Of a stretch of DNA of 64,000 nucleotides, positions 60,653 through 64,000 are shown piece by piece. Within the stretch, counting starts at the first letter, position 1. Every line of letters starts with the position of its first letter. A program made the position numbers and the translations under genes. Where the stretch lies: positions 17,924 to 81,923 of the forward strand of contig PXBO01000107.1 in assembly GCA_003566885.1 (NCBI GenBank), in the 5' to 3' direction. The DNA is from Opitutia bacterium. Lineage in GTDB: Bacteria > Verrucomicrobiota > Verrucomicrobiia > Opitutales > T3Sed10-336. The notes beneath the pieces are model-generated. The model did not search any database. It had not been told where the DNA came from and saw only the letters and a list, made by a program, of their open reading frames with translations.

Positions 60653-61794
60653 TGTTCCCAGAGAAATGCCATTATCAGGCGATAGAGATTGGGGGCATCG
60701 ACCAGGAAGGAGTCATGGCCGAAGTCCATTGGCACCTCCGCGTAAGTAGCATGTTTACGCTGCCTGAGCAGAGCATGCACGATTTCCCGGTTCTGTTCCG
60801 GAGGAAAAAGCCAATCGGAAGTAAACCCGATCACCAGGGCAATCGCGCTCACATCACGAAATGCCGCCTCCAGTGAACCGTAGGTAGCCGGCAGATCGAA
60901 GTAGTCCAGTGCACGCGTAAAATAGAGGTAGGTGTTGGCATCAAAGCGGTTGATGAAACTCTGCCCCTGATAGCGCAGGTACCGCTCCACCTCGAAGTCG
61001 ACGTCGAAGCTGAAATTGATGTCGCCCCCATCCCGCCGACGTCGCCCGAACTTGCGCTCCATTCCCTTGTCCGAGAGATAGGTAATGTGGGCCATCATCC
61101 GCGCGATGGCCAGTCCTACCTTGGGTCCGGCCTCCGGATCGTAGTTGCCGCCCCTCCACTCAGGATCCTGAATGATCGCCTGGCGGCCGACTTCATTAAA
61201 AGCGATGCTTTGGGCGCCGTGACGAGAAGTCGTGGCGAGCGGAATGATTCGCCGAACGTAGGAAGGATACTCGATAGCCCATTGCAACACCTGCATCCCG
61301 CCCATGGAGCCCCCAACCACGGCATGTAGCTCGGGAATCTCCAGGTGATCCATCAATAACTTCTGGGCGCGCACCATGTCGCCAATGGTGACAAAAGGGA
61401 AATCCAGGTTGTAGGGCTTGCCGGTTTCTCGATTGATGGAGGCGGGTCCTGTGGACCCCTGGCATCCACCGAGACAATTTGAACACACAACAAAAAATCG
61501 TTCCGTATCGATCGGCTTACCGGGACCGATCATATTATTCCACCAGCCGGGCTTGCGATCACGGATGCTGTAAACTCCGGCACAGTGATGATCCCCGCTG
61601 AGCGCATGACAAATGAGGACGGTATTGTCGCGCTTCTTATTCAACCGGCCGTAGGTTTCGTAACGTAGACGAAATCCGGGAATGGTTTGGCCATCCTCGA
61701 AGGTAAACGGATCGTCGTAATCGAAATCCTGATACCGCACCAACCCGATTTCGCCTTTACGGGTCAACAGGGGATTCTCGTCAGCGTCATTCAT
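60649..61794 (-). CDS. metX: Homoserine O-acetyltransferase
   Basis: 381 aa. Alpha/beta-hydrolase nucleophile elbow GGSMGGMQ. The N-terminal pattern ..YETYGRLNKKRDNTVLICHALSGDHH.. is typical of MetX. Confidence 0.93.
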   Translation of the reverse strand: MNDADENPLLTRKGEIGLVRYQDFDYDDPFTFEDGQTIPGFRLRYETYGRLNKKRDNTVLICHALSGDHHCAGVYSIRDRKPGWWNNMIGPGKPIDTERFFVVCSNCLGGCQGSTGPASINRETGKPYNLDFPFVTIGDMVRAQKLLMDHLEIPELHAVVGGSMGGMQVLQWAIEYPSYVRRIIPLATTSRHGAQSIAFNEVGRQAIIQDPEWRGGNYDPEAGPKVGLAIARMMAHITYLSDKGMERKFGRRRRDGGDINFSFDVDFEVERYLRYQGQSFINRFDANTYLYFTRALDYFDLPATYGSLEAAFRDVSAIALVIGFTSDWLFPPEQNREIVHALLRQRKHATYAEVPMDFGHDSFLVDAPNLYRLIMAFLWEQ

Positions 61795-61825
61795 CTAACA
61801 GCCACGGGATCGGGGAGAAGCATCC

Positions 61826-62575
61826 TCACCCGGCTTTCTCGAGAATCGCCTCGTCGATGTCGTAATTGGCGAAAACATTCTGCACATCTTCACAATCCTC
61901 CAATTGATCGATCAGTCGCAAAACCTGTTTTACCACATCCGGCTCGGAAACCGGCACCAGGGTGCTGGGGATGTAAGCCAGTTCGGACGAATCGGGCTCG
62001 ATGCCCTTCTTTTCCAGTGCCTGGCTGACACTGTAATAAGCGGTAATAGGACAAAGCACCTCGAAGTGATCCGACGCCACCTTGATGTCTTCGGCGCCAG
62101 CCTCGACTGCGTATTCCATCAATTCCTCTTCCGTGGTCTTCTCAGCTGAAATAAGAAACTGTCCCATGCGCTGAAACTGGAAGGCCAGGGCGCCGGGACC
62201 AGCCAGATTTCCGTTGTTCTTGGTGAACACACTCCTGACGTCGGAGGCGCTGCGATTCTTGTTGTCCGTGGTCACTTCCACCAACACCGCCACCCCGCCA
62301 GGACCATACCCTTCATAAATCAACTCCTCGTAAACCGCGCCGGGAAGTTCTCCCGTGCCTTTTTTTATCGCCCGATCGATATTGTCCGCGGGCATATTGG
62401 CGCCGCGGGCCTTCAACAACACGGTGCGAAGCCGGGGATTCATGGTAGAATCACCCCCCCCTTCCCGGGCCGCCAGGGTCAGCTCTTTGCTGATGCGACT
62501 GAAGATTTTCCCCCGCTTGGCATCGACGGCGGCTTTGTGCCGCTTGGTGGTCGCCCATTTACTGTGTCCGGCCAT
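61826..62575 (-). CDS. yebC: YebC/PmpR family DNA-binding transcriptional regulator
   Basis: 249 aa. The N-terminus MAGHSKWATTKRHKAAVDAKRGKIFSR is the family signature. Confidence 0.93.
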   Translation of the reverse strand: MAGHSKWATTKRHKAAVDAKRGKIFSRISKELTLAAREGGGDSTMNPRLRTVLLKARGANMPADNIDRAIKKGTGELPGAVYEELIYEGYGPGGVAVLVEVTTDNKNRSASDVRSVFTKNNGNLAGPGALAFQFQRMGQFLISAEKTTEEELMEYAVEAGAEDIKVASDHFEVLCPITAYYSVSQALEKKGIEPDSSELAYIPSTLVPVSEPDVVKQVLRLIDQLEDCEDVQNVFANYDIDEAILEKAG

Positions 62576-62578
62576 GGC

Positions 62579-64000
62579 TTATCTCCTGCGTTTGCCCTTC
62601 GGTTTTTTTCGTTTCGGTTTGGCGCCCGAGCCCTCCTCAACAGTCGGCACCGGAGCCAGATCAATTTCGTCTTTCTGGCGATTGATGAGGTACTGCTGAA
62701 GTATCGTCAACAGGTTGTTCACCGTCCAGTACAGTGTCAATCCCGCTGAGAACTGGTAAAGCATCACCGTGATCAGCGGAGGCATGAACATGAAGATTTT
62801 CTGCTGCATTGGATTGGCCGTGGCAGTCGGCATCATCTTCATCTGCAGGAACATGGTCAGCCCCATGAGCACCGGCATGATATTGATGGGAAACCCGAGA
62901 ATGTGCCCCACCGTATCAGCGGTGGACAAATCGCCTACCCATAGAAATCCCTCGAACCTAAGTTCGGAGGCGCTCTGCAACATGCGGAAGAGTGCGAAAA
63001 AAATCGGCAGTTGGACCAGAATCGGGAGACAGCCGCCCAGCGGATTAACCTTGTACTGACGAAACAGCTTCATGGTCTCCTGCTGCATCTTTTGCGGGTT
63101 GTCCTTGTACTTTTCCCGCAACTCCTTCATCGGCTCGGCAATCTTCATCATGCGCTTGGACGAACGTGCCGCCTTGGCGGTCAGGGGCCAGAGCAGCGTC
63201 TTAATGATCACCGTGGTGCAGATGATGGCCAAACCGTAGTTCGGCAGAAACGAATAAATTCCGGTCATCATCACCAGGAGTAATTTGCTTAGGAATCCGA
63301 AGAAACCAAACTGCATGACGAGATCCTGCCGCTCATCCAGATGCTGCAGCCGCCGGTACTCCTTCGGCCCGGAATAATAATCGAGACCCACCACACGCTC
63401 TTCACCGGCTTCCAATCCGGGAACATTGAAACGCACGCTACCGGTAACGCCTTCCCTTGGCGTACGCTCACCTTCTCTCAAAGGAAGTTCCACTGGCCGT
63501 GCGACGTACCCCCGCCCGAAATCGTCCAGTGTGGCGATCGTGCTGAAAAACCGGTTGCTGACTGAAGCCCAAACAACCGGATCGTTGCCTTCGATCATAT
63601 TCTGGGGACGGCTGGATCGCACACCAATCCAGCTTAGAAAGCCTCCACCGCGGAAACGGTTCATTCCAATAAAATTGGCGCTGTCGCCGTCAAAGTAGCC
63701 GAAATTCATGAACTGGGGCCCGACCGCGCGTGCCTCGGTGTCATCAGGCAATGCCGTCCCCAGATTCAGACCGAAAAAAGGTACAGAAATCGATCCGTCA
63801 GTCCGGTTGGTCAGGACAGTTTCATGACGAATCATGTAGTCATCGGGACGCCTGGGCTCCGGATTCAGGTCAATGGAGTAGGTCCGTCGGATCTCCAGTC
63901 CGTTGTCCAGTTCAAGCACATAAACGACCCGGTCGGCGGTGCGCTCGGCCATTCGATAAACCGCGTTCTGGCCGGCGCCTTCGAATCCGGTCATGCTCAA
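62579..64000 (-). CDS. yidC: Membrane protein insertase YidC (C-terminal about 473 aa; 5' end outside the window)
   Basis: Periplasmic beta-sandwich region followed by the conserved 60-kDa IMP core (..LNYGLAIICTTVIIKTLLWPLT.., ..VNPLGGCLPILVQLPIFFALF..) and a basic tail KRKKPKGKRRR. The stop is 3 nt before the yebC start. Confidence 0.93.
   Translation of the reverse strand: MSMTGFEGAGQNAVYRMAERTADRVVYVLELDNGLEIRRTYSIDLNPEPRRPDDYMIRHETVLTNRTDGSISVPFFGLNLGTALPDDTEARAVGPQFMNFGYFDGDSANFIGMNRFRGGGFLSWIGVRSSRPQNMIEGNDPVVWASVSNRFFSTIATLDDFGRGYVARPVELPLREGERTPREGVTGSVRFNVPGLEAGEERVVGLDYYSGPKEYRRLQHLDERQDLVMQFGFFGFLSKLLLVMMTGIYSFLPNYGLAIICTTVIIKTLLWPLTAKAARSSKRMMKIAEPMKELREKYKDNPQKMQQETMKLFRQYKVNPLGGCLPILVQLPIFFALFRMLQSASELRFEGFLWVGDLSTADTVGHILGFPINIMPVLMGLTMFLQMKMMPTATANPMQQKIFMFMPPLITVMLYQFSAGLTLYWTVNNLLTILQQYLINRQKDEIDLAPVPTVEEGSGAKPKRKKPKGKRRR

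Noticed and set aside
1-64000. CRISPR arrays, rRNA/tRNA genes, transposases, integrases, phage genes, toxin-antitoxin pairs, and restriction-modification or other known defence-system hallmarks.
   Set aside because: None was recognised on either strand. There are no short direct-repeat/spacer arrays. There are no DDE/tyrosine/serine recombinase motifs and no reverse transcriptase. I saw no clustering of nuclease, helicase or ATPase genes. This is visual inspection only.

Overview
GC-rich bacterial chromosomal segment. The gene content points to a PVC-superphylum, Verrucomicrobiota-like genome: a PVC-type CxxCH/HEAT/dehydrogenase giant, many LamG and lamin-tail-domain proteins, a prepilin-like N-terminus, and an autotransporter-type beta-strand repeat fragment. 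This taxonomic placement is an inference.

The window splits into two parts.

(1) About 3.6-39.6 kb is an accessory block, almost entirely on the minus strand, encoding large signal-peptide-bearing enzymes:
- a tandem-duplicated zincin followed by an AbgT transporter;
- three metallophosphoesterases;
- a 1431-aa ThuA/beta-propeller/HEAT/cytochrome-c protein;
- DUF885;
- a roughly 2850-aa protein with five lamin-tail domains and a CotH domain;
- an AmpG-like MFS transporter carrying an insertion;
- a tightly packed four-gene unit: LamG-GH127/146-like, an unknown 916-aa protein, an HExxH/beta-helix/2xLamG protein, and a metallophosphoesterase with a degenerate purple-acid-phosphatase-like half.
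Three decayed gene fragments also sit in this block.

(2) About 40-64 kb is core housekeeping: trpS, rny, rodA, rng, an SNF transporter, htpG, cbiX-like, pal, an AI-2E transporter, a histidine kinase, an Fe/B12-type ABC operon ending in an MFS gene, folP, queD, metW, metX, yebC and yidC. The left edge (1-2036) carries a DapA-family lyase and an aldehyde dehydrogenase.

I recognised no rRNA, tRNA, CRISPR array, transposase, integrase or phage genes.

The best candidate for an undescribed system is the four-gene secreted operon at 28068-39582. Secondary candidates are the zincin/pseudo-zincin plus AbgT pair and the LTD-CotH giant plus DUF885 pair.

All functional calls come from motif and architecture recognition by eye on the supplied ORF translations. 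No homology search, HMM scan or structure prediction was run, so family names are hypotheses of varying strength.
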